NCBI GenBank assembly: GCA_022360855.1
Contig: JAKSBY010000558.1
Span: forward strand, 1,817 to 65,816
Source of the DNA: Sphingomonadales bacterium
GTDB lineage: Bacteria; Pseudomonadota; Alphaproteobacteria; Sphingomonadales; JAKSBY01
Length of the DNA stretch: 64,000 nt
Direction of reading: 5' to 3'
The notes below the pieces were generated by a model, which worked only from the letters and a program-made list of their open reading frames with translations, did no database searches and was not told where the DNA came from. A program made the translations under genes and the position numbers. Shown here piece after piece: positions 8,493 through 17,338 of this stretch (the first letter of the stretch is position 1; each line of letters opens with the position of its first letter).

Positions 8493-11072
8493 ATGACACA
8501 GGGCCAGAAGCCAGCAGTCGCAGCTGGCGCGATTATTTTGTTTTTCTTTTCCGGCGCTGCAGCCCTTGTCTACGAAGTGCTCTGGATGAAGGAGCTCTCG
8601 CTGCTTTTCGGCAATAGCGCTCAAGCCGCCGCCGCGACGCTTGCAGCCTTCTTCGCCGGAATAGCCGCCGGTAACGCCTATTGGGGAAGGCGTTCGGCTG
8701 AGATCGCACGGCCTTTGCGCGCCTACGGTCTGCTCGAACTTGGCGTCGCTGCGAGCGCGGTTTTCTATTTCGGCGTCCTGCGCGCCTATGACAGCATCTA
8801 TGGTGCCTTGTTCGGCCTTTTTGAGGGCACTCCAGTGTCCTTTATGCTGATTAAATTTCTTTTGTCGTTTCTTCTGTTCTTTCCCTCGGCATTTTTCATG
8901 GGCGGCACTTTGCCGATCATGGCGCAGTTTTTGGTGCGTCAAAAAGAGACTCTTGGGCGGCGCGCCTCGGCGCTTTATGCGATCAACACGTTTGGCGCAG
9001 CAAGCGGCGCTTTCGCCGCCGGGTTTATTCTGCCTCAAGCGCTGGGATTTAAAACGTCCTATCTCGCTGCGATGGCCGCGACACTGTTCGTCGCGGCGGC
9101 GGCGTTTCTGCTGAGCCGGCAGGAGGCGGCTACGGCGCCGCAGTCGGTGCACGGCCATAGTAGTGAGGCGCCGCGAGACCGGAAGGAATTCGCGGGCCTG
9201 GATGCGCTCAAATCAACCGCCTTTTCGCAACAGACGATGGCGGCGGTCGCCGGCCTTTCGGGGTTTGCGGCGCTCGGATTGCAGGTGCTTTGGATAAGGA
9301 TGTTCGCGCAGGTCCTTCATAATTCCGTATATACCTATGCCGCAATCCTCTCGGTTTTTCTTTTGGCGCTTGCGTTAGGCGGCGCGATTGCCCGCGAGGC
9401 GGCGCGCCGTCAGCTCAATCCACACTGGTTCATGCCGCTTCTGTTGACAGCGAGCGGTTTGTGCGTCGCGGCCTCGCCGGTTCTTTTTCATAGCCTTACC
9501 GGCGGCGGCGCCTATATCGGCGGCGACGCGGCCTTCGTCGGTTACATGGTCCGCGTTGTCCTCATCGTCGCGGTGGCTGTCGGCCTGCCCGCGACAATTC
9601 TGGGCGTTCTCCTGCCCTATCTGTTCAAGGTCGCCGAAACCGGACCGCGCGGTCCGGGTGAAACCGTCGGGACCCTCGTAACGATCAACACGCTCGCCGC
9701 CATTATCGGCTCCGTCGCCGCCGGTTTTCTGCTGCTTGGCTGGCTTGGGCTTTGGCCAAGCCTGCAATTGATGGCCGCGCTCTATCTTGCCGCCGCGCTC
9801 TGGCTTGTCGGCGGGGGATTTCCGAAGACGCGCCTCGCCCGCGCAGCGCCGATCATCGGCGTGCTCGTATTGGTTACCGTTCTCGACACAAACCGCCTGC
9901 CACTGGTGCGCATCGATCCCATCGAGAAGAAAGAAACGCTTCTCAAAGTTTGGGAAGGTGCCGATGGCACCGTCGCGGTGGTGCGGCGAAACGGCCATCT
10001 CAGGACCAAACTGAATAATTGGTACACGCTGGGCAGCACCGGCGACATGACGACTCAGCAGGTGCAAACGCACTTGCCGATGCTGCTTCATAAAAACCCG
10101 AAACGCGTTTTCTATCTCGGCCTCGGCACCGGAATTACCGCGGGCGCCGCACTTGACTATCCCGTCGAAAAAGTCGTGGTCGCAGAAATCGCCCCGACGG
10201 TAATCAAAGCGTCGCGCGAATTTTTCGGCGAATTCACAAACGGACTCTATGACGACCCGCGCCTCTCCGTTCTTGGAGAGGATGGACGGAATGTTCTGCG
10301 CGGCGCAAGACAAGACTTCGACCTCATCATCAGCGATCTTTTCATTCCTTGGAAAGCCGGCACCGGCACGCTTTACACAATCGACCACTACGAAACGTCG
10401 AAGCAAAGATTGCGTCCGGGAGGGCTCTACGCACAATGGGTCCCGCTGTATCAGGTGACACAGGACGAGTTCGCCAGCATCGCCCTTTCAATGCTTCAAG
10501 TCTTTCCGAGCGTGACGTTGTGGCGCGGGAATTTCTGGGCGGAGAGGCCTGTCGTTGCGCTGATTGGCCATCGTGATGCGTCGCCCCTTGACGTTGACGC
10601 GCCGTTGATGCGCGCTTCGCGGCAGGCTCTGGCGGAACACCGGAGCGGTAAGGGCGATACGGTGCCGCTCATCGCGCATTATGCCGGAAGCATGAACGTG
10701 AAGGACCCTGTCTTCGCGAATGCCGAGGTCAATACCGACAATCGGCCGATCATCGAATATCGCGCGCCGATAAACCACCGTCTGGAGAAAGCCGGGCGCG
10801 CCAAATGGTTCGTAGGGGAACAGATGCTTGAATTTATGGCGGATCGGGCGGACCGCGCCGCCCTTGCTTCCGACGCTTATCTTTCTCGCCTTGATCCCGT
10901 GTGGCGCAACGCAGTTCAAGCGGGATACTACTTTCATGCATTCAGGGCGCTACAGAAGTGGGAAGATGAAGACGCGCCGATCGCTGAGAAAGCCTATCGC
11001 GATTTACTGCAGAGAACGGCGATTGAAATTGGGCGCCCCGACTCTCCGCGTCCAAGCAGGTCTCCAGGCTGA
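8493..11072 (+). CDS. Fused polytopic membrane domain / spermidine-synthase-like (class I SAM-fold) protein
   Basis: From Met41 of the track ORF: MTQGQKPAVAAGAIILFFFSGAAALVYEVLWMKELSLLFGNS…, followed by about 12 TM segments. The C-terminal half carries …VFYLGLGTGITAGAAL…DLIISDLFIPWKAGTGTLYT…LRPGGLYAQW…, a spermidine-synthase-type fold. Confidence 0.75.
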   Translation: MTQGQKPAVAAGAIILFFFSGAAALVYEVLWMKELSLLFGNSAQAAAATLAAFFAGIAAGNAYWGRRSAEIARPLRAYGLLELGVAASAVFYFGVLRAYDSIYGALFGLFEGTPVSFMLIKFLLSFLLFFPSAFFMGGTLPIMAQFLVRQKETLGRRASALYAINTFGAASGAFAAGFILPQALGFKTSYLAAMAATLFVAAAAFLLSRQEAATAPQSVHGHSSEAPRDRKEFAGLDALKSTAFSQQTMAAVAGLSGFAALGLQVLWIRMFAQVLHNSVYTYAAILSVFLLALALGGAIAREAARRQLNPHWFMPLLLTASGLCVAASPVLFHSLTGGGAYIGGDAAFVGYMVRVVLIVAVAVGLPATILGVLLPYLFKVAETGPRGPGETVGTLVTINTLAAIIGSVAAGFLLLGWLGLWPSLQLMAALYLAAALWLVGGGFPKTRLARAAPIIGVLVLVTVLDTNRLPLVRIDPIEKKETLLKVWEGADGTVAVVRRNGHLRTKLNNWYTLGSTGDMTTQQVQTHLPMLLHKNPKRVFYLGLGTGITAGAALDYPVEKVVVAEIAPTVIKASREFFGEFTNGLYDDPRLSVLGEDGRNVLRGARQDFDLIISDLFIPWKAGTGTLYTIDHYETSKQRLRPGGLYAQWVPLYQVTQDEFASIALSMLQVFPSVTLWRGNFWAERPVVALIGHRDASPLDVDAPLMRASRQALAEHRSGKGDTVPLIAHYAGSMNVKDPVFANAEVNTDNRPIIEYRAPINHRLEKAGRAKWFVGEQMLEFMADRADRAALASDAYLSRLDPVWRNAVQAGYYFHAFRALQKWEDEDAPIAEKAYRDLLQRTAIEIGRPDSPRPSRSPG

Positions 11073-11092
11073 CCGCTTTTGCGCGCCAGACC

Positions 11093-11455
11093 TCACGCCC
11101 GCAACCGGAGGCGGCGATTGGCGAGATGACCGCTGGCGAGGGCGCCAACCCCCAGCACGGTCAGCGGGATTTCGGTGGCTTCGGGCAGCCAGGGCAGGAC
11201 GGCGACCGCCATCAGGGTGAGACCGAGAGCGCCCAAGACGCCGGGCCGGCGACAGCCATGGCAGCGCAGGCCGCGCCAGAAGGCGGTGATACTGATCGGC
11301 AGGGCCGCGCTGATGAGGAGGATATGGATCCACTCACTGCCCAAGACCGATCCGACCAGCGAGGGCACTGCAATCACCAAGACGGGCAGAAGAAGACAGT
11401 GGATCAGGCACAAGCTGGAAAGGCCGATCCCGATCGCGTCCAGTCTATCCTTCAT
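11093..11455 (-). CDS. MerC-domain small membrane protein
   Basis: MKDRLDAIGIGLSSLCLIHCLLLPVLV… with 4 TM segments and Cys pairs. Divergent from the zrgA-like gene. Confidence 0.6.
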   Translation of the reverse strand: MKDRLDAIGIGLSSLCLIHCLLLPVLVIAVPSLVGSVLGSEWIHILLISAALPISITAFWRGLRCHGCRRPGVLGALGLTLMAVAVLPWLPEATEIPLTVLGVGALASGHLANRRLRLRA

Positions 11456-11487
11456 GGTCGGCTCCCCTGATTGACCCTCGAAACACG

Positions 11488-11504
11488 ACGTTATAATGTA
11501 TCAT
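11488..11504. promoter_or_regulatory. Zur-box-like operator in the divergent MerC-like / DUF2796 promoter
   Basis: ACGTTATAATGTATCAT matches the 7924 box at 14 of 17 positions. It is the only AT-rich patch in the 11456-11618 spacer. Confidence 0.5.
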
Positions 11505-11618
11505 TCTTGAGATGCAATGCCGCAGGCCGATCATAGGCCCAGGGATCAGGACGTGTTCGACCTAAATTGGCCCAAATCTCTGGTACAACGCTCCAACACT
11601 GCTCGATGGCGGAGCGCT

Positions 11619-12179
11619 ATGATGGTTGCCCTATCCCTGTGCTTTCCGGCGGCGGTCCATGCTCATGCGGACGCGGGGGAGCGTCGCCAACACGATGCGC
11701 ATGTTCATGATGTCGCGCATCTAAGCCTGATCAGCGACGGCGCCCGTCTACGATTGGAGCTCCAGGGTGCGGCCGCAGGCTTTGTCGGCTTCGAGCATGC
11801 GCCGCAAAGCGACGACGAGAGCCGCGCCGTCGCCGCCCTCAAGGACCGGTTGCGGGCGGTCGACAGCCTGTTTCAGATCGATGCGGAAGCCCGCTGTTCA
11901 CTGGACGAGATCGCGATCGACATGTCCGGCCTCGAGCACCATGCCGAGCACCCATACCATGACGACGACCACCATCAGACATTCCACGAAGGGGGCCATG
12001 CCGACATCGAAGCCCAGTATGATTTCACCTGCCGCTCGATCGATGCGCTCGAGACTGTCGCTGTGACCCTGTTCGACCACTTTCCGGGATTCGAGACGGT
12101 CGAAGCGGTCTATCTCCTCGACGACCGGCAATCGGCCCAGACCCTACGCCCGGGCAGGGCCGTCCTGCGGCTGCGTTGA
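11619..12179 (+). CDS. DUF2796 / ZrgA-like periplasmic His-rich metal-binding protein
   Basis: Signal-like MMVALSLCFPAAVHAHA, then His/Asp-rich runs (HDAHVHDVAH, HHAEHPYHDDDHHQTFHEGGH). It is the first gene of the ABC operon. The track ORF starts at 11517; I prefer the ATG at 11619 preceded by GGAG. Confidence 0.7.
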   Translation: MMVALSLCFPAAVHAHADAGERRQHDAHVHDVAHLSLISDGARLRLELQGAAAGFVGFEHAPQSDDESRAVAALKDRLRAVDSLFQIDAEARCSLDEIAIDMSGLEHHAEHPYHDDDHHQTFHEGGHADIEAQYDFTCRSIDALETVAVTLFDHFPGFETVEAVYLLDDRQSAQTLRPGRAVLRLR

Positions 12180-12186
12180 GCCGGCC

Positions 12187-12912
12187 ATGACGCAGCCTGC
12201 CTCCGCCGTCCGGCTGCGCGATGTGACCTTCAGGTGGAAACGCGGCCCTCGCGCTCTCGACATCGCGATGCTGGACATCGCTGCCGGCGAACGGGTCTTT
12301 GTGCATGGGCCAAGCGGGTGCGGGAAAAGCACCCTGTTGGCGCTGGTGGCCGGTGTGCTCAGCCCGACGACCGGCGACATGCAGGTGTTGGGGCAATCCC
12401 TATCGGGCATGACATCAGGCGGGAGGGACCGTTTTCGAGCCGAGCATCTGGGCGTGATCTTCCAGACCTTCAATCTGCTGCCCTTCCTCTCGATCACCGA
12501 CAATGTCCGGCTGGGCTACGACTTCTCCCACCAGCGCCGGGCTCGGGTGACCGCCGCCCAGGGCGGTGCCGAGGGCGCCATCGCGCGGCTGCTCGCCCAG
12601 CTTGGCCTGGCGCCCGACATGCGCGGACGGGCGGTGAGCGCATTGAGCATTGGCCAGCAGCAGCGGGTGGCGGTCGCCCGCGCGCTGATCGGCGGTCCCG
12701 ATCTGGTCATCGCCGACGAACCCACCTCGGCGCTCGACGCCGGCGCCCGCGACCGCTTCCTCGATCTCCTGCTGGGTGAGTGCGATGCCGCCGGCAGCAC
12801 CTTGCTGTTCGTCAGCCATGATCTCGGTTTAGCCGAGCATTTCGACCGATCGATCGACCTGGCACAGCTCAATCACGCCAGCGCGCGCGACGAGGACATG
12901 GCATGCATGTAG
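12187..12912 (+). CDS. ABC transporter ATP-binding protein (ZrgB/MacB-type)
   Basis: Walker A GPSGCGKST, signature LSIGQQQRVAVARAL, Walker B LVIADEPTSALD. Confidence 0.9.
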   Translation: MTQPASAVRLRDVTFRWKRGPRALDIAMLDIAAGERVFVHGPSGCGKSTLLALVAGVLSPTTGDMQVLGQSLSGMTSGGRDRFRAEHLGVIFQTFNLLPFLSITDNVRLGYDFSHQRRARVTAAQGGAEGAIARLLAQLGLAPDMRGRAVSALSIGQQQRVAVARALIGGPDLVIADEPTSALDAGARDRFLDLLLGECDAAGSTLLFVSHDLGLAEHFDRSIDLAQLNHASARDEDMACM

Positions 12913-14153
12913 CGGCAACGTTGCTCAAGCTGGCGACCCGCAGCCTCTTGAACCGGCGGATGACAGCGGCGCTGACGGTCTTCGCCATCGCCATGAGCAT
13001 GACGCTTTTTCTCGGCGTCGAAAACTTGCGCAAGAGCGCGCGAGAGAGTTTCGAGACAACGCTCTCCGGCGCCGACCTTCTCGTGGGCGCCCGCAGCGGA
13101 GAGGTCAATCTGCTGCTCTACGCCGTATTCCGCCTCGGCAATCCGACCGCCAATCTGGACTGGAAAAGCTATCAGGCCATCGCCAACCGACCGGAGGTCG
13201 CCTGGACGATTCCGATCTCACTGGGCGATTCGGTGCGCGGTTTTCGGGTGATCGGCACGACCCAAGCCTATTTCGACCATTATCGCTACGGCAACCGGCG
13301 TCCACTGAGCTTCGCACAAGGCGCCCCCTTCGACGAGGTATTCGACGCCGTTCTGGGCGCGCAGGCGGCCAGGGACTTAGGGCTCTCCGTCGGCGATCCG
13401 ATCATCCTCTCCCACGGCATCGGTGGGACCAGCTTCGTCCACCATGATGACGAGCCCTTCCGGGTCAGCGGGATTTTGGACGCCACCGGCACGCCCGTCG
13501 ACCGCGCCGTCCATGTCAGCCTGGCGGGCCTCGACGCGGTTCATCGGCCGGCATCGGCCCAATCGGCCGAAGAACGCGACAGCAGCGGCGCTTTCGAACC
13601 CGAGGCCATTACCGCCTTCCTCGTCGGCATGCACTCGCGCATTCTGACGCTCAGGCTGCAACGGCAGATCAACACCTATCGTGGCGAGGCGCTGTCGGCG
13701 GTCATTCCCGGCGTCGCGCTGGCGCAGCTCTGGCAGGTCGTGGGCGCCGTCGAGGTGGTGCTCGGCGTCATCGCCGGTTTCGTCGTCGTCACCGGTTTGC
13801 TCGGCATGCTCACCAGCATCCTGACCAGCCTCAACGAGCGGCGGCGGGAGATGGCGCTGCTCCGCGCCGTAGGCGCGCGGCCGCCGGCAATTTTCTGCCT
13901 GCTGGTCATGGAAGCGGGGCTCTTGGCGGGCTTTGGTTCGCTGATCGGGATGGCCTTGGTCTATGTGGGCTTCTTTGCGGCGGCGCCCTGGGTGCAATCG
14001 ACTTATGGAATTCTGATCGCGCCGACAGGGCCGGGGCTGCATGACCTCGGGATCGCCGGCGTGGTTCTGCTGCTGGCGCTGGCCTTGGGCGCGATCCCGG
14101 CCTGGGCCGCCTACCGGCGGTCCTTGGCCGACGGCCTGTCGGTGCAACTCTGA
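12903..14153 (+). CDS. FtsX-like ABC transporter permease (ZrgC-like)
   Basis: N-terminal TM, a large periplasmic domain, then a C-terminal three-TM bundle (…LNERRREMALLRAVGARP…). Overlaps the ATPase gene by 10 nt. Confidence 0.85.
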   Translation: MHVAATLLKLATRSLLNRRMTAALTVFAIAMSMTLFLGVENLRKSARESFETTLSGADLLVGARSGEVNLLLYAVFRLGNPTANLDWKSYQAIANRPEVAWTIPISLGDSVRGFRVIGTTQAYFDHYRYGNRRPLSFAQGAPFDEVFDAVLGAQAARDLGLSVGDPIILSHGIGGTSFVHHDDEPFRVSGILDATGTPVDRAVHVSLAGLDAVHRPASAQSAEERDSSGAFEPEAITAFLVGMHSRILTLRLQRQINTYRGEALSAVIPGVALAQLWQVVGAVEVVLGVIAGFVVVTGLLGMLTSILTSLNERRREMALLRAVGARPPAIFCLLVMEAGLLAGFGSLIGMALVYVGFFAAAPWVQSTYGILIAPTGPGLHDLGIAGVVLLLALALGAIPAWAAYRRSLADGLSVQL

Positions 14154-14172
14154 GCAAAAGGGAGAAAAAGGC

Positions 14173-14700
14173 GTGCGGGTGATTTTAAGTGTTTTGACGA
14201 TTCTGATGGCGGCGATGACAGCGCGCGCGGACGACGCGCCCTATCGCACTTTGACCTGGGACGATCTCATGCCGGCCGGCGAATGGGAGCGTATCAATCA
14301 GCAGATGCATGACTTTTTCGAAGGACAGGCGGGTGGTATGATCATCGAAGGCGGCGCGCTGGATGTGGCGCGTCAGTTCGGCACCTATAACGTGGTCACC
14401 GAGCTCAACGACCAGAAGGTCCGCCTGCCCGGCTTCGTTCTTCCCTTCGAATACGCCGCGGGCAAAAAAGTGTCGGAATTCCTGCTGGTCCCCTATTTCG
14501 GCGCCTGCCTGCACACCCCTCCGCCGCCGCCGAACCAGATCGTTTACGTCATAACAGCCGAACCCATCGCCGTCGAAAGCCTGTGGCAGCCCATCTGGGC
14601 GCACGGCAGCCTGGTCACGCAGAGACATCTGAACGGCTTGGGCGACGCCGCCTACACACTGCAACTGGAACAATGGGAGCCCTATCAGTGGGAGGACTGA
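14173..14700 (+). CDS. DUF3299 / ZrgD-like exported protein
   Basis: GTG start 8 nt after GGAG. Signal peptide VRVILSVLTILMAAMTARA. Motif …FLLVPYFGACLHTPPPPPNQIVYV… is typical of DUF3299. Confidence 0.7.
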   Translation: MRVILSVLTILMAAMTARADDAPYRTLTWDDLMPAGEWERINQQMHDFFEGQAGGMIIEGGALDVARQFGTYNVVTELNDQKVRLPGFVLPFEYAAGKKVSEFLLVPYFGACLHTPPPPPNQIVYVITAEPIAVESLWQPIWAHGSLVTQRHLNGLGDAAYTLQLEQWEPYQWED

Positions 14701-14797
14701 GCATTTAGTCCTGAGCAATTGCAGCCGGAAACACCGCAGGACCTCCGCAGCCGGAGTGGCGGGACAAAGGCGGCGTCAATGGCTTCGCTGTATAGGG

Positions 14798-14903
14798 TGG
14801 CGGAGAGGAAGGATTCCGAACTCAAATCCGTCATCTTCTAAGACACTGTAATATAATGCCTATTCCAGGAGCGCTCTCATACTGGCATCTATTTTGTATG
14901 GCA
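14798..14903 (+). repeat. 106-bp direct repeat, copy B
   Basis: Same orientation and length as copy A, with the first 36 nt identical. It carries a weaker AT-rich box (ctgtaatataatgcctat). Confidence 0.85.
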
Positions 14904-15223
14904 ATTTGTATGGCACAGCCGCCCTGGCAAACCGCTCTCACAGCCTCTGCCGGGGCGGGGCATCACCACATAACCGACCGTGTCGGCAACAGATCTTTCC
15001 GTTTTTCGATTTCGCATTAAGGGTATTTTCGGATCGCGTGGGTTTGATAGGGGCCTGTGCGCACCCGCCAAACACGCAGATTCCTAACGGTCATCGTGTG
15101 TGGCACCGGCGGCTCCAGCTCGGCACTTTTGTCAAAACCACCTCCTATATAGAGAAAGAGACGAGCGAGCCGGCCGAAGTGAGACAACCGATTTGTGAAA
15201 TTTCTCAATGCTCCAAGGAAAGC

Positions 15224-16210
15224 CTACAAGTCGAACATCTCCCAGCAGACTGGGCTGAAATTTCCTCCAAACGCTTCAACCACGAGGCGGTCGTTGCCCT
15301 CAACTTGTGCCGTAAATGTCATCGATTCGAAAATGACTATGTCCGCAGGCACCATTACTTTGGAGAGGATAGAGAGTTCGTCGTTTGGGCCGAGCGGACC
15401 GACTTCAAATTCGGGCCGCGCACCATAACCGGGATAATGAAACGAGGCATGATGGCCCCTGGTGGTTGAGACCATTAATTGCGGCGGGGCTCCCGCGCCG
15501 AAGTTGACAACTTGAAGCGCACGATCCACCCGCAGGGAAGCGTCCTCAAGCCTCGCGCTCCGATAGCCCGAGCCGGCCCCGTGCATCCAACCGCGGGATG
15601 ATATCTTAATCCAGTGGCCGGCCGATTGAGGTCGTATTACCGTCCTGAATGTGCCTCTTACAGCGGTCCGACGGCTACCCGTTCCATCAGTTGCGATCCA
15701 ATTGAAGGCGGATGGGTGTACAGTTCCCCCAAACGATCTTGAATCAAGGCCGAGCGATAGAAGATGAAGCTTACCCCAGGAAGGATATTGGTCAGCCGGC
15801 CACCAGTCAGCATGGTCTTCAGGATGTCCATGATAAAGCGACTCCTGAAATGTACTTTCATGGGCGCATCCTTGGTCTCTCACGGTTTGCTTGCTGTGTC
15901 GTAGGAGAGCCGAATTATGTGATATCTCCTGTGCACGAAGGATTTCCTTGGCCGTTAGCGGCTCAAACTTTTCGCGATTTTCCATCCAGGATTGAACCAT
16001 TCGCACTTCCAGGTCCACGCTCTCGGGTACCCCGTCGAGGGATTCGAGGTCGCATATGGAACTCTGAATTTCTTCGATGAGAAAATCCGGTGCTTTGGCG
16101 CCCGTTGCAAGATGCCTGTCCAACCGAAACTTGGACCGCCAAAACTTCTCAATGGATTTTGATGAGGCTGGATCTAAGTCGGCGGAATTGTGGATCGGTT
16201 TGCTCTTCAT
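15224..16210 (-). CDS. Hypothetical protein (328 aa), low-GC cassette gene 2
   Basis: Long ORF in a region with clearly lower GC. No signal peptide or TM, and no motif I recognise. Confidence 0.55.
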   Translation of the reverse strand: MKSKPIHNSADLDPASSKSIEKFWRSKFRLDRHLATGAKAPDFLIEEIQSSICDLESLDGVPESVDLEVRMVQSWMENREKFEPLTAKEILRAQEISHNSALLRHSKQTVRDQGCAHESTFQESLYHGHPEDHADWWPADQYPSWGKLHLLSLGLDSRSFGGTVHPSAFNWIATDGTGSRRTAVRGTFRTVIRPQSAGHWIKISSRGWMHGAGSGYRSARLEDASLRVDRALQVVNFGAGAPPQLMVSTTRGHHASFHYPGYGARPEFEVGPLGPNDELSILSKVMVPADIVIFESMTFTAQVEGNDRLVVEAFGGNFSPVCWEMFDL

Positions 16211-16370
16211 GATTCACCCATTCAAATTGTTGTCAGTTTGGTCTGAGAGTCGCTGCCCGAAGCGCATAGCCGCTAAGATGAGATACGAGCTATTTGACCC
16301 TTGGCCGGGCCAACCGACTTCCGAGGCCGGCGCTACTTGGGAGTGCTTAATGTCGCACTGGCAACTCGGC

Positions 16371-17141
16371 TCACGTGAATTGCGCCGGCTCCGGCGGCAA
16401 TGAGTCGATATCGCCGCGGACAAGTCCGAAGTCGTCCGGAATGTCGAAGGTCCGTCGGCTGGGAACAAAGACCCAAGTGCGCACACACCAGCGTATTACA
16501 CTGATGAAACATCGGGCCTGGCAGTGGAAGTAAGGCAGGAACCTCGCTGGAAGAATGCCGCGACTGCCTTGCGTGAAAAAGCAGAAGTATGGCCAGCAGC
16601 GGTAGTAACAATGCTGCAACCGAGTGGTAATGCACCAATAGCCGTACCAGAATGTGCGGGGATCGATGCCGCCCGGCAGCACACCAATGTCTGGAATGTC
16701 CTCAAGCTCGAAGCGTGAAAAATCGGTTACGATGCCTGTCTCAGGATCCCGCAGAGAATCGATCATCCTGATTTTCAAGTCGATCGAGAATGGAATTGGG
16801 CGATCGACTTCGATAGATAACCCAAGCCGTGCATCTCCGGAACGGCGCGGCTTCTCGAAGGCTTCGGAGAGGTCTAGGCGAAAAGTAAAATCGAACGGTG
16901 CTCCCCCGACCACACCGGCGGACCCCCCAAACAATCGCCTGCCATCCATGGCAAGCCCGTCGACGGCGTAGCCTGACTCCTCGACGAAGACTTCTGGGCG
17001 GCTTTGTGCAAAATCTTTAGCCTTACCACCCAGCGCCGCGAGTTTCTGAGTGACCTGGTCTCTAGACTCTTCAATCCGAGATAGTGGAAATGGCTCAAGC
17101 CCTTGAACCGATTCGCGACCTGAACAATCGCACTGCGTCAT
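16371..17141 (-). CDS. Hypothetical protein (256 aa) with Cys/aromatic-rich C-terminus, low-GC cassette gene 1
   Basis: I prefer the ATG at 17141, which lies 9 nt after AGGAGA (MTQCDCSGRESVQ…). The track start at 17456 would overlap the divergent regulator. The C-terminal ~90 aa contain 7 Cys and many W/Y/F. Confidence 0.5.
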   Translation of the reverse strand: MTQCDCSGRESVQGLEPFPLSRIEESRDQVTQKLAALGGKAKDFAQSRPEVFVEESGYAVDGLAMDGRRLFGGSAGVVGGAPFDFTFRLDLSEAFEKPRRSGDARLGLSIEVDRPIPFSIDLKIRMIDSLRDPETGIVTDFSRFELEDIPDIGVLPGGIDPRTFWYGYWCITTRLQHCYYRCWPYFCFFTQGSRGILPARFLPYFHCQARCFISVIRWCVRTWVFVPSRRTFDIPDDFGLVRGDIDSLPPEPAQFT

Positions 17142-17338
17142 AACGGCGTTCTCCTGATTTGCGTTGTCGAAATCCGACGCACAAACCCCTAGCCAAGCCC
17201 GGCGCTTGGCGTCTTGAAGGAAACCCAAAGAAAATCCAAAATTTTCCTGACGGTTGCTATGATTCGCAGAATTTCGCGTAATCTTTGGAATCATCCGAGG
17301 AGCGCAGGGCAGCGCAATCGAAGGTCGCGTCGAAGGCG

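Noticed and set aside
14685-14834. 49-aa minus-strand ORF starting inside repeat copy B (MTDLSSESFLSATLYSEAIDAAFVPPLRLRRSCGVSGCNCSGLNAQSSH). Its Cys-rich tail lies near a TonB-dependent receptor, which briefly suggested a RiPP or metallophore precursor.
   Set aside because: The conserved N-terminus is simply the repeat sequence. The equivalent frame in copy A (GTG start) stops after 23 codons with an unrelated tail. There is no proper Shine-Dalgarno spacing. The ORF overlaps the 3' end of the DUF3299 gene. No maturation genes (MbnB/C-like, cyclodehydratase, radical SAM) are nearby.
14894-15469. 191-aa plus-strand ORF starting in repeat copy B.
   Set aside because: Its second half is antisense to the longer 328-aa ORF, and its first half is Arg/Cys/His-rich with no start signal. 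It was kept only as a remote alternative.
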